A stretch of 64,000 nt of DNA, from assembly GCA_028287505.1 (NCBI GenBank), contig JAQBPN010000084.1, positions 22,147 through 86,146 of the forward strand. The letters run 5' to 3'. This document shows, piece by piece, positions 27,881-36,711 of this stretch. Source of the DNA: Fibrobacterota bacterium. GTDB taxonomy: Bacteria; Fibrobacterota; Fibrobacteria; UBA11236. The notes beneath the pieces are model-generated. The model saw only the letters and a program-made list of their open reading frames with translations, was not told where the DNA came from and made no database searches. The first letter of the stretch is position 1; every line of letters starts with the position of its first letter. Made by a program: the position numbers and the translations under genes.

Positions 27881-29626
27881 TTACGCTGTGAAGATGGCCT
27901 GGCCGCTGGCGTGCCGGCCCTGGGAGGAATCGTATTTGAACGAGATGCCGGATTTGTCCTTGAGGCGCGCGAGCTCCAGGCTGATGCGCATGCCGGGAAA
28001 GATGGGGCGCTGGAACTTAAGGGCCTGCAATCCGCGGAAAGCGCCGAAGGGGCCGAACAGGCGGGCGCCTTCCAGGATGGCCCAATCCAATTGCACCACG
28101 CCCGGCAACAAAGGCAGTTGGGGAAAGTGGCCGCGGAAATGTTCCAGCTCCGCGGGAATCTCCAGCTCCAGCACGGCGGCGCCGTTTTCCAACCGCCGCG
28201 TTTCCAGGATCACGGGGTTGACCTGGGGATCGAACAGGGACCGCAAGGCGGCCAGCGCAGTCTTGCCCGCGGCATTGGCCGGCATGGTTTCCACCAGCCG
28301 CCACCGCTTGGGCAGCAGCACGCGATCGAAACCGTTCAAGAGATGCGCGCGCAGGGACTGCACCAGGGCGGCCCTGGCTTCGCTGCCGCGCGTGGGAATC
28401 GCGCTGTCCCTGAGCCGCAACACCGCGCCCAGGGTGTCCCGATCGCCCGCCAGCACCAGCACGCGGGCCTCGGCTACGCGGGGATGGGCGGTCAGCAGGT
28501 CTTCCATCGCCGTGAGGGATAGGCGCTTCTCTTCCACTTTCACAATCCGGTCCGCGCGGCCCAGCAGCCGGAAGCCACCCTCGACCGCGCTCACGCGATC
28601 GGAGGTGGCGAACGGCTTCGAAGCCTTCATATGCGGCGATTTCACCAGCAGGAGTTCGCCCGCTTCGCCGATGGCGATTTCAACTTTCGGAAAAGCGGTC
28701 CAGGGCGGATCTTCTCCGGCCCGCCGGCGCCAAGCGATGCCGCCGGTTTCCGAACTCCCGTAGATTTCCACCGGGTCCGCGCCCAGCAGATGCGCGCAGG
28801 CGGGGACGCAGGCCCAGGGCAGCGGGCCGCCCGAGGAAAAAACCGCCGTCAACGGTCTGAAGCCTACCGTAGCGCCGGACGCATCCGGAAGATGCGGCTC
28901 GGGGAGACGCGCCTCCGGGAGGCGGCGCAAGAAAGCGGGGGAGGCCACCAGCACCACGGGACCCGGAGCTTGCAGCGACTCAGCCAATTCCTCGGGAAAG
29001 CGTATGAGGCGATCGGAAAAAGGCCGGCCCGCGGCCAGGGGCCAGAGGCACCGGAACAACAGGCCGTAGATATGCTGATGGCCGACCGTGGAAAGCACGC
29101 GCGCGCCGGAAAGACCCGCGCCCAGCACGGCCTCCAGCGTCTCCACCTCGTTGCCCAGATCGCTCCAGGTCTTTTCGACGGCCAAGGGCAGGCCCGTGGA
29201 TCCGGAAGTGAAGATGATCACCGGTAGATCCGGAACGGCCGGCGGTAAGGGAGTTGCGTGAGTCGCGGGAGCCGGTGCCGCGAAGGGCGGTTCGTTCCAC
29301 GTCGTCCGCATTCCGGGCCGCCCCGGGCCGCCGGCGGGAAAATCCCCCAGCAAGACGTCCGCCCTGCCGGCCAGCAGGGCGGTTGTGATCTCCGTCGCAT
29401 CTCCTGCGATTACCGCGGTGCATCCGGCGGCCCAGCAACCCAGCAGCGCGGCCGCGAAGTCGAAGGTATTCCCGAAATGCAGGGCCGCGCGCTTTGCGCC
29501 CGCTCCCTTCAGCGCATCGCGCCAGGCGTCGCGGAGCGCGGCGAGCGCGGTCCAATCCTGTCCGGGCGCAAGCCCCACGGGCCCGGAGAGGCCGGTCCCG
29601 GCCGCCATGTCGGTAAACCTCAGCAT
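27881..29626 (-). CDS. AMP-dependent synthetase/ligase (adenylation) fused to a C-terminal FabA/FabZ-like dehydratase
   Basis: Adenylation motifs IIFTSGSTGLPLAV and YGSSETGG. C-terminal ~140 aa carries LEHFRGHFPQLPLLPGVVQLDW, a hot-dog dehydratase motif. Confidence 0.65.
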   Translation of the reverse strand: MLRFTDMAAGTGLSGPVGLAPGQDWTALAALRDAWRDALKGAGAKRAALHFGNTFDFAAALLGCWAAGCTAVIAGDATEITTALLAGRADVLLGDFPAGGPGRPGMRTTWNEPPFAAPAPATHATPLPPAVPDLPVIIFTSGSTGLPLAVEKTWSDLGNEVETLEAVLGAGLSGARVLSTVGHQHIYGLLFRCLWPLAAGRPFSDRLIRFPEELAESLQAPGPVVLVASPAFLRRLPEARLPEPHLPDASGATVGFRPLTAVFSSGGPLPWACVPACAHLLGADPVEIYGSSETGGIAWRRRAGEDPPWTAFPKVEIAIGEAGELLLVKSPHMKASKPFATSDRVSAVEGGFRLLGRADRIVKVEEKRLSLTAMEDLLTAHPRVAEARVLVLAGDRDTLGAVLRLRDSAIPTRGSEARAALVQSLRAHLLNGFDRVLLPKRWRLVETMPANAAGKTALAALRSLFDPQVNPVILETRRLENGAAVLELEIPAELEHFRGHFPQLPLLPGVVQLDWAILEGARLFGPFGAFRGLQALKFQRPIFPGMRISLELARLKDKSGISFKYDSSQGRHASGQAIFTA

Positions 29627-29633
29627 GGGCGCT

Positions 29634-30191
29634 TTACCTGTGCCTCGCCGACATCACCCGGCGGCGCACCAGCCATTCCCCCGCGAACAGAACGCCCATC
29701 AGCAGGTAGGCCAGGAACCCGTTGTAGAAAGCCCATAGTCCCGGATTGCCGGAAAGGGCGGTGGCCGCCGCGGCGCAGGCGTTGAGCGCGAAAAAACCGC
29801 ACCAGACCTGGGTGACCCGGCGCGTATAGCGTACGCCATGCTCATCAAGATCGGGATGGCGGAAGCGCGCCAGGCGTTCGATGACGGTGGGAGGAATCCA
29901 CAGGCTCAGGCCGAAAACCAGAAGCAGGCTGAGATTTACGGCCACGGGGTAGTACAGCACGGATGCCTCGCCCCAGATCCAGGCCAGGGCGCCGGCGCCG
30001 GCGATCATCCCGATCAAGGCGTAGACCGGGACCTTGCGCACGATGGTTTTCCCCCAGCGCAGGGCCAGCACCGCCAGCAGCCCCAGGGCGATGAAGCGGG
30101 CGGGGATGCCTTGGCGAAGCCCGGCATAGACCAGCGCCGGATAGGCCGCCAGCAGAACCGCGGTCACGGCGGTGAGCTTGGACGGCGCCAC
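29634..30191 (-). CDS. Integral membrane protein (5-6 TM) of the APE cluster
   Basis: 185 aa, entirely hydrophobic helices. Confidence 0.5.
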   Translation of the reverse strand: MAPSKLTAVTAVLLAAYPALVYAGLRQGIPARFIALGLLAVLALRWGKTIVRKVPVYALIGMIAGAGALAWIWGEASVLYYPVAVNLSLLLVFGLSLWIPPTVIERLARFRHPDLDEHGVRYTRRVTQVWCGFFALNACAAAATALSGNPGLWAFYNGFLAYLLMGVLFAGEWLVRRRVMSARHR

Positions 30192-30193
30192 GG

Positions 30194-30463
30194 CTACTCG
30201 TTCACCAGCTTTTCGATGACGTTCACGACATCGTCGATGGTGCGCACGGTCTTGAACGGCTCCGGCTGCATGCGCTTGCCGATCAGCTTCTGCAGCTTGA
30301 CCATCAGATCGATGGCGTCGATGCTGTCGATTTCCAGGTCTTTGTAGAGTTCGGCGCCGGGAACCAACCGGCTTTTTTCGATGCCGAAGGTTTCGTTCAA
30401 AGTGGAAACCACCGCGGCCATGATTTCGTCCCGGGTCCTGATGCTCATGCTATTTCTCCGCAA
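30194..30463 (-). CDS. Acyl carrier protein
   Basis: LEIDSIDAIDLMVKL contains the phosphopantetheine-attachment Ser. Probable start at MSIRTR (~30448). Confidence 0.7.
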   Translation of the reverse strand: MRRNSMSIRTRDEIMAAVVSTLNETFGIEKSRLVPGAELYKDLEIDSIDAIDLMVKLQKLIGKRMQPEPFKTVRTIDDVVNVIEKLVNE

Positions 30464-30722
30464 CCGGGGCGCGGCGGCTTTCCACGAAGCCGGCGAGTTT
30501 TCTGACGCTGGAAAAATGTTCCCGGTTCTCCTTGGAGTCCGACGACATCTTGATTCCGTACTTTTTCTGGATGGCGATGCCGAGCTCCAGGGCGTCGATG
30601 GAATCCAATCCCAATCCGTCCCCGAAAATGGCGGCTTCCGCGTCGATGGATTCGGGGGTGACCTCTTCCAGTTTGAGCGTCGTGATGATCAGCTCCTTTA
30701 TTTCCAATTCAAGCTCCGGCAC
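30450..30722 (-). CDS. Acyl carrier protein (second, tandem)
   Basis: GLDSIDALELGIAI; tandem ACPs are an APE-cluster hallmark. Confidence 0.7.
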   Translation of the reverse strand: MPELELEIKELIITTLKLEEVTPESIDAEAAIFGDGLGLDSIDALELGIAIQKKYGIKMSSDSKENREHFSSVRKLAGFVESRRAPVAEK

Positions 30723-31485
30723 TGCAAAGGTCCTTGTTGAAGTAATACTGAAGATGATCGTTCAGGTCCCGGGCCGCCAGCGCCGGTTGGTCCGGGCGCG
30801 CCTTCAGGAACGGGCTGATGGGGATGTCGTCTTTCACGCGCAGGACAATCCTCATCCGGTGTTCCGGGGCCAGATACCACGCACCGCCCTTGTGGAGGTT
30901 GCTGCGGGTGCTTTCAATCACCACCGGAGTCACGTTTTGCCGGGTGCGGACCGCTACCTGGGCCGCGCCTTTCCGGAATTTCACGGGCATGCCCGGCGGC
31001 GTGCGCGTCCCCTCGGGGAAGATGATCACGTTGTTGCCCGAGTCGAGGCTCTTGCGGCAGCGCGCCATGGTGGATTCCCCTTCGTCGTTGCGGATGTAGC
31101 CGGCCAGCAGCACCGGCCAGCGCTTGAACCAATCGTTCAGCAAGGCGCTCTTGACGAAGCAATCGGCCTGGGGAATGACGGAGGCGAGCAGCACGAAATC
31201 GATGAGCGTGGGATGATTGGCAAGCACCAGATTGCCGGACCTGCGCAGGGCTTCCAGGCCTTCGTAGCGGACATGGAGCACTCCCGTGATCCGCATCAGC
31301 AGTACGAAGAGATGGAATCCCCTTTGGATGATAATGCGGCCCACACGGTGGCGCGATTCTTCCTTGCGCCAGACCAGCCATACCAGGGGGATGCCGAATA
31401 GACCCAAGGTCGCCCCCCCCAGGGCGAAGATGGCGAAGCACATGAGGGTGGCCGCCGTACGCCAGGTCCGCCAAAGCAGTTTCAT
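30709..31485 (-). CDS. PlsC-type 1-acyl-sn-glycerol-3-phosphate/lysophospholipid acyltransferase
   Basis: NHPTLIDF (HxxxxD) and FPEGTRT motifs. N-terminal TM. ATGA overlap upstream. Confidence 0.65.
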   Translation of the reverse strand: MKLLWRTWRTAATLMCFAIFALGGATLGLFGIPLVWLVWRKEESRHRVGRIIIQRGFHLFVLLMRITGVLHVRYEGLEALRRSGNLVLANHPTLIDFVLLASVIPQADCFVKSALLNDWFKRWPVLLAGYIRNDEGESTMARCRKSLDSGNNVIIFPEGTRTPPGMPVKFRKGAAQVAVRTRQNVTPVVIESTRSNLHKGGAWYLAPEHRMRIVLRVKDDIPISPFLKARPDQPALAARDLNDHLQYYFNKDLCSAGA

Positions 31486-32231
31486 GGGCGGACCCAATCC
31501 CAACGGCGGGTTCCGCGCCGCCAGGAGGCGCTCTTCCCGTTCCCGGCCCACATTTTCAGGAAGACCAGGGCCTGGGGCGGAACGGTTTCCCGGTCCGGCT
31601 CCGATTGCGTTTCCCACAAGGACAATTCGAATTCTTCGCCTCCTGAGGCTCCCAGCTCAAGCCCAAGGGCATAGCCCCCCGGTTCCCGGTCCCAATGCCC
31701 GTCGAGCGCGGAGGGCGGCACGGGATCGCTCATTACCACCAGCACGCGATCATGGCCTTCCAGGACCATGCCTTGGGCCTCCAGCAATGCGGCGGTGAAA
31801 CTCTCGCCGCGGGAGGAAAGCGAAGAGCTCATGCTGCGATCGCCTTTGGCGATGGAGAACTGGCCGGCCGCGGCGTTGTGCACGGACAGGCTGAAGTCCA
31901 TGGGGGAAGCCAACTCCTCCTCCGCCTGCGCCCTGAGCATGGCGACGGATCGCGCCACCTGCCCGTGCCGGCTGGCGAACACGCAGGGAAGGTCGTTTCC
32001 CGGAGGCGCCAGGCGGAACGCGACTTCCAGTCCCAGGCGATCGGCCGCATCCGCGCGCCGCCGGAGTATGGGCGGCATGGCGGAAACGGGGGCGGTGTGG
32101 GTCAAAGTATCGCTCCATTCCCGGTCTGAAGACGCCCATTCCCGCCATGCTTCCCGGTCAGAAAGCGACGGTCCCGCCCAGGCCTCCCAGGCCAGAATTC
32201 GAAGGGGCAGTCGAAAGCAATTTGAAAGCAT
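31482..32231 (-). CDS. First gene of the operon: KS N-terminal-domain-like (PF13723-type) protein
   Basis: 249 aa, no catalytic Cys. AT-rich promoter-like region immediately upstream (32232-32300). Confidence 0.4.
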   Translation of the reverse strand: MLSNCFRLPLRILAWEAWAGPSLSDREAWREWASSDREWSDTLTHTAPVSAMPPILRRRADAADRLGLEVAFRLAPPGNDLPCVFASRHGQVARSVAMLRAQAEEELASPMDFSLSVHNAAAGQFSIAKGDRSMSSSLSSRGESFTAALLEAQGMVLEGHDRVLVVMSDPVPPSALDGHWDREPGGYALGLELGASGGEEFELSLWETQSEPDRETVPPQALVFLKMWAGNGKSASWRRGTRRWDWVRP

Positions 32232-32553
32232 ATGGGGTGATTAATAATGGGTAGGTGAAATATAGTAACTGAGGGAAATTATTGGGGTCAGACGGCCTTC
32301 CCGGAGCCAGAGATCTTCCGCAATTTACCGCAAAAAAGCGGAATCCCGGCAACGTCGGGCGGGCCGCCCACGCCGCCGGCCGGCCCGGACTCAAGCCCCG
32401 CGGGATTCCGCCCGCTCACCGCCGACGACGAAGGCATCTCCGGTCCGGCGCCCGGGTGCGGATCGACCGTCACCGCAGGCCCAAGGCGCTCCGGCGCTCC
32501 AGGGCACCATAATCCATGGTGACTTTCAAAATGCGGCCCCCGGCCTCCACTAC

Positions 32554-32580
32554 GGGAATAAATGCGTGGGAATAAATGCG
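32554..32580. promoter_or_regulatory. Tandem direct repeat GGGAATAAATGCG-T-GGGAATAAATGCG
   Basis: Two exact 13-bp copies 1 bp apart, ~120 bp upstream of the lipoprotein gene at 32699 and ~320 bp upstream of the divergent APE operon. Confidence 0.3.
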
Positions 32581-32698
32581 CGTTTGCAAATGACATCCGT
32601 CGCGGTTTTGTTAAATTCCGGGAGCCCGAAAATCAAATCATGCCCCGTGCGTCCGTCGATGAAATCGGGACGCACGATCCACAGTGAAAGGAATCCCC

Positions 32699-33406
32699 AT
32701 GAAGCGGTTGAACTTGAAACTCTTATTGTCCGGGCTTTGCGGGTTCTTTTTGATCAATTGCTCCCAGCGGTTCATCAACGTGAATTATTCGGGAAATGGA
32801 TTCTCGGTCAATGAATTGAAATCCTCAAAGGTGGCCTTGGTCGCCTCGGAAAAGGTGACCGTTCTCGAATTCAGGAAGGCGTACGATAAGAAGTTCCAGG
32901 ATTCGGATTCCTGCAGGAAATTCATCTCGGGCAAAATCGTCGAATCGATAAACAAAGGCATACCCGAAATCAATGTGTCGGGCGTGGACGCCGAATATTC
33001 GAATGTGTTCGATATCGACAACCTGAATGCTGAGGCGCTCGCCAAGGTCGACGGGTTTTTCAAATCAACCGATTCGAAGTACGTGATTAATATCAAGAAC
33101 ATAATCGTCAGCAATGCATTCATCGCCAATCCCGCCACCATGATGGCCGCCCCTCCCGGTACGAACGGCGCCGTTTCCGGCGGGATGGTGATGGGGACCG
33201 GCGGTACCACTGAAAGTTGCGTGATTTCCTACGATGTGGAGATTTGGGACTCGAAGACCAGGGAGAAAAAGCTCTCATTCAACAATAGAGGGGAATCCAA
33301 GGTATCGTTTTTCGCCTACGGCAAGGCGTTGAACAATGCTTTTGAAAACAGCTTTCAGCATCTGATCGGATATCTGAAAACGCAACAGGTGGATTTCAAG
33401 AAATAA
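32699..33406 (+). CDS. Hypothetical lipoprotein, compositionally atypical (~49% GC vs ~66% flanks)
   Basis: MKRLNLKLLLSGLCGFFLINCSQ (lipobox LSGLC). AAGGAA RBS. Markedly AT-richer codons than all neighbours. Confidence 0.55.
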   Translation: MKRLNLKLLLSGLCGFFLINCSQRFINVNYSGNGFSVNELKSSKVALVASEKVTVLEFRKAYDKKFQDSDSCRKFISGKIVESINKGIPEINVSGVDAEYSNVFDIDNLNAEALAKVDGFFKSTDSKYVINIKNIIVSNAFIANPATMMAAPPGTNGAVSGGMVMGTGGTTESCVISYDVEIWDSKTREKKLSFNNRGESKVSFFAYGKALNNAFENSFQHLIGYLKTQQVDFKK

Positions 33407-34262
33407 AGGCGCGCCAGATCGAGAACCGCCGGTCCTCCACGTCTTCGTGGAAATCCACGAGCGGGCTCAGGGCCCGGCCTTCGCGCACCAATTCATAACC
33501 CCCCGCGCCCTTTGCCAATTCCAGGAAAAGTGCGTGTTCCTTCAGGGTATGCGTGAACACCAACAGCCATCCGCCCGGGCGGGTCAACGCCGCGGCTTTG
33601 GCCAACAGGTTCGCGGGCTGGAAAAAGCGCAGGGGCAATCCCCATAGCAGCAGATGGTGCCGGGTGACGAACGGGTAGAATAGGGTGATCAGGCCGTACC
33701 CGCCGCCCCCGGCCTTGAGGAAGTCCCCGATCTCGTAGGCGACGTCCGGGTTCTCCGTCTGCGCCATATAGGCTTGCGCATAGTCCTTGCGGGATCGGAA
33801 ATCCGGGTAGATTCCGTACCCGTCCACCTCCACGCCTTTCAGGCTTACCCGCATGGCTTCCGCGCCCACCCGCTCCGCTTCCGTCGGGTTGGCGTGGCGC
33901 AGCCATCTCTCCAGAGCGAAAACGTAGTGCCAATCCTGGGAGCCCACGTCCATGGCCGCAATATGACCATTTTCCCTGGTGGGAATGGAAAGGCCCTCGC
34001 AGGCTTTCTCCAGGATGTCGAGCAGATAGAGGTTTTTCCGGTAGAGGGCCCGGGTGGATGCATCGGCCAGCGGGCCCAGACGGTAACGTCCGCGCAGTTC
34101 GCGTTCCCGCGCTTCACAGGCGGCTTCCTCTCCCGCGGCCAGATAGGAGAACAGCCTCTCCTTGGGCTCATGGGGCAGCGACGGCATTCCCCGCGACCAG
34201 CGGAGGGACTTCCGGATCCAGAAGGAAAAGGCGTTGCCGGGAATCCGGGAGAACGCCAGCAT
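33396..34262 (-). CDS. Hypothetical protein (possible methyltransferase-like fold)
   Basis: 288-aa ORF with host-like codon usage; no confident motif. Confidence 0.35.
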   Translation of the reverse strand: MLAFSRIPGNAFSFWIRKSLRWSRGMPSLPHEPKERLFSYLAAGEEAACEARERELRGRYRLGPLADASTRALYRKNLYLLDILEKACEGLSIPTRENGHIAAMDVGSQDWHYVFALERWLRHANPTEAERVGAEAMRVSLKGVEVDGYGIYPDFRSRKDYAQAYMAQTENPDVAYEIGDFLKAGGGGYGLITLFYPFVTRHHLLLWGLPLRFFQPANLLAKAAALTRPGGWLLVFTHTLKEHALFLELAKGAGGYELVREGRALSPLVDFHEDVEDRRFSIWRAFIS

Positions 34263-34292
34263 GATCCACAGGCGATAGGGAATCAGATGTCC

Positions 34293-35429
34293 TTACTCCT
34301 CGGCCCCCGGGCGCGGAAAGAGGCTGACATATGTCCGCGTCCGTCCGTCTTCCGCGCGGCCGGAGAGATTCCGGCGCGAGCCGCCGTAAAAGATAACCAG
34401 GGGAGACTGGGGGAAGCGGTACGGGCCCCGGGAAAAATCGGCCGGATCGGGACGCGCCCGGAAAAACAACGCGCTGGAGGAGCCCGGACGCTTGCGGCCG
34501 CGCACGTTCAGTCCGATTTTGAAAAGACCGCCGTTGCCGGTGATGTACAGGGTCTTGAAGTCCGGCCCGCCGAAGCATTGGTTGGCGTTGTTGCCCGCGG
34601 CGGTGGGGCTTCCCTTGACCAGGATATGGCCGAGAAAGGGATCCTTCTTGCCCGGCGAGTAGAGGTGCACGGCGCCCTGGGCGAAGCCGGCGAGGTACAC
34701 GTCTTCCCTCTCATCCAGGGTGATGCCGTCCGGCGTGGGGATGTCGAGCACGTAGCCGCGTTTGTTGGACAGGGAGCCGTCCGGGGCCACGTCGAACTGC
34801 CAGGTGGTGGTGGCGTTGCGATCGGCCACGTAGAGGATTTTCCTTTCTTCCAGCCATTCCACCCCGTCCGGATTGGGCACGGTGGTATTGGCGATCACGG
34901 TCTTCCCGTCCGCGCTGACGTGGAAGACGGTTTTGCCCGAGGACTGGTTGGACAGGAACATGGAACCGTCCGAGCCGATGGTGATGTCGTTGAGCGCCTT
35001 GAACTCGAAGCCGGCGCCTGACATCGCCAGGGTATCCCGGCTCCCGTCCTTATTGAAGCGCAGGATGGCTCCCAGGGTGCAGGCCACCAGGCGGCCCTGG
35101 GGATCGAATTCCAGGCCGTTGGGGGAATCCCCGTGGCCGGAATAGAAAACCGATCCCTGGCCGTCCGGGGTAACCTTGTAGATACTGTTGGCCGCCGGTT
35201 CCGAGAAGAACACGTTACCATCCGCGTCCACGGCCACGCCGTCGCAAAGCCCGAAGGCTCTGCCGGTCTCCGGATGCTTGGTCAGGACGGGAAGGACCTT
35301 GGCCCCTTTGTCGGCGATGGTAACGGGAACGTCGCCTTGGGCGTATCCGTAATCCTGGGCCGCGGGCGTACCGGGGCCGATGGCGAGGAAAAGAAGCGAA
35401 TGGACGAAAATATCCGAGGGTCGGCGCAT
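34293..35429 (-). CDS. Secreted SMP-30/gluconolactonase/LRE-like six-bladed beta-propeller protein
   Basis: Signal peptide. Repeated ...DGNVFFSE..., ...DPQGRLV..., ...DGSMFLSN... blades. Confidence 0.55.
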   Translation of the reverse strand: MRRPSDIFVHSLLFLAIGPGTPAAQDYGYAQGDVPVTIADKGAKVLPVLTKHPETGRAFGLCDGVAVDADGNVFFSEPAANSIYKVTPDGQGSVFYSGHGDSPNGLEFDPQGRLVACTLGAILRFNKDGSRDTLAMSGAGFEFKALNDITIGSDGSMFLSNQSSGKTVFHVSADGKTVIANTTVPNPDGVEWLEERKILYVADRNATTTWQFDVAPDGSLSNKRGYVLDIPTPDGITLDEREDVYLAGFAQGAVHLYSPGKKDPFLGHILVKGSPTAAGNNANQCFGGPDFKTLYITGNGGLFKIGLNVRGRKRPGSSSALFFRARPDPADFSRGPYRFPQSPLVIFYGGSRRNLSGRAEDGRTRTYVSLFPRPGAEE

Positions 35430-35657
35430 GGATCATCTCCTGTGCCCCCTCCACCCTGGGGAAACAATATAGTACCGCCCGCTCCTCCTCGCCTTCGCCC
35501 TGATTGACCCCGGGCATTTCCTTTCCCGGCGACGGGCCGTCAAAGATTAATTTTGACGATGCCGGCGGCAGGTCGGCCCCGGCCGCGGTGCGGCCGAGTG
35601 AAACGCGCGGTACGCCGCGTGAAAAGTGCGCGGCGCGCCGCGCAAAAGGAGGGTTCC

Positions 35658-36635
35658 TTGAAAGCAACCAACGCATTCAAATCGGGCCTCGTCGTTTTCC
35701 TGGCCGCCCCGGTTCTTTGCCTGCTTTTTCCCGGGTCCGCGACCGCCCAGGTCAAGGCCGACAGCAGCATGAGCTTTTTCATCTCCAGCGCCAATCCCGG
35801 CAAGGGGGCCAACCTGGGCGGGCTCGCGGGAGCGGACGCCCATTGCCAGAGCTTGGCGGCGGCCGTCGGCGCAGGCAGGCGCACCTGGCACGCTTACCTC
35901 AGCACCCAGCCCGCCGCCGGAAAGCCGGCCGAAAACGCACGCGATCGCATCGGAACCGGACCCTGGTACAACTTCAAGGGATTGCGGATGGCCATGAGCG
36001 TGGAGGATCTGCACAGCGTCAACAACAAGCTGAACAAGGAGAACTCTCTGACCGAAAAAGGCGAAGTGGTCAATGGCAGGGGAGACACTCCCAACCGGCA
36101 CGACATCCTGACGGGATCCAAAGCGGATGGCACCGCCTTTCCGGCCGGGACCGATATGACGTGCAACAACTGGACCAGCGAAACCACGGGCAGCGCGATG
36201 CTGGGGCATCACGATCGCCATGGCGCGGCGGGCAATATCGATTCGACGTCCTGGAACCAGGCGCATGCCTCCACCGGATGCAGTCCTTCCGCCCTGGTCA
36301 GCACCGGCGGCAACGGATTCATCTATTGCTTCGCCGCCGATGCGGCGACCGGAACGAAAGACCCCGTCGGCAAGGCCATCCAGGCAAGCCTTTCCGGATT
36401 CGCCTGGCTGCGGAGTTTTTCCCCGGGGGCGGGCGATCAGGTCGTTTACCGCTTGGATTTGCCCCAAGCGCGGCACGTGGATGCGGCTATTTTCACCCTG
36501 AATGGGCGGAAATTGGCGGACCTGAGCCTGGGAATACGGCCGGCCGGCGTCCAGGACCTCCACTGGAATGGCCGGGATTCCCGCGGAAACCCTGTTTCCA
36601 GGGGATTTTACCTGATCGCCGTTACGGTACGATAA
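35658..36635 (+). CDS. Secreted protein with a C-terminal T9SS/FlgD-Ig-type (Por_Secre_tail-like) sorting domain
   Basis: TTG start 4 nt after AAGGAGGG. Signal peptide LKATNAFKSGLVVFLAAPVLCLLFPGSATAQ. The C-terminal 75 aa (VVYRLDLPQARHVDAAIFTLNGRKLADLSLGIRPAGVQDLHWNGRDSRGNPVSRGFYLIAVTVR) fits the IYDxxGRxVxxL...AGxHxxxWDGxDxxGxxVxSGVY consensus. Confidence 0.55.
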   Translation: MKATNAFKSGLVVFLAAPVLCLLFPGSATAQVKADSSMSFFISSANPGKGANLGGLAGADAHCQSLAAAVGAGRRTWHAYLSTQPAAGKPAENARDRIGTGPWYNFKGLRMAMSVEDLHSVNNKLNKENSLTEKGEVVNGRGDTPNRHDILTGSKADGTAFPAGTDMTCNNWTSETTGSAMLGHHDRHGAAGNIDSTSWNQAHASTGCSPSALVSTGGNGFIYCFAADAATGTKDPVGKAIQASLSGFAWLRSFSPGAGDQVVYRLDLPQARHVDAAIFTLNGRKLADLSLGIRPAGVQDLHWNGRDSRGNPVSRGFYLIAVTVR

Positions 36636-36711
36636 CTCCGCTCAATTCTTGCCGTGAGGTCGAAATAACATTAGTTAGTGGAGTAATCAGGAAATCCGGA
36701 GGGTCCGTTTA

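Noticed and set aside
35547-36563. 338-aa minus-strand ORF antisense to the T9SS-tail protein, and 35504..36712+ (402 aa).
   Set aside because: No domains; the + frame with the AAGGAGGG-TTG start, a signal peptide and a recognisable C-terminal sorting domain is preferred.
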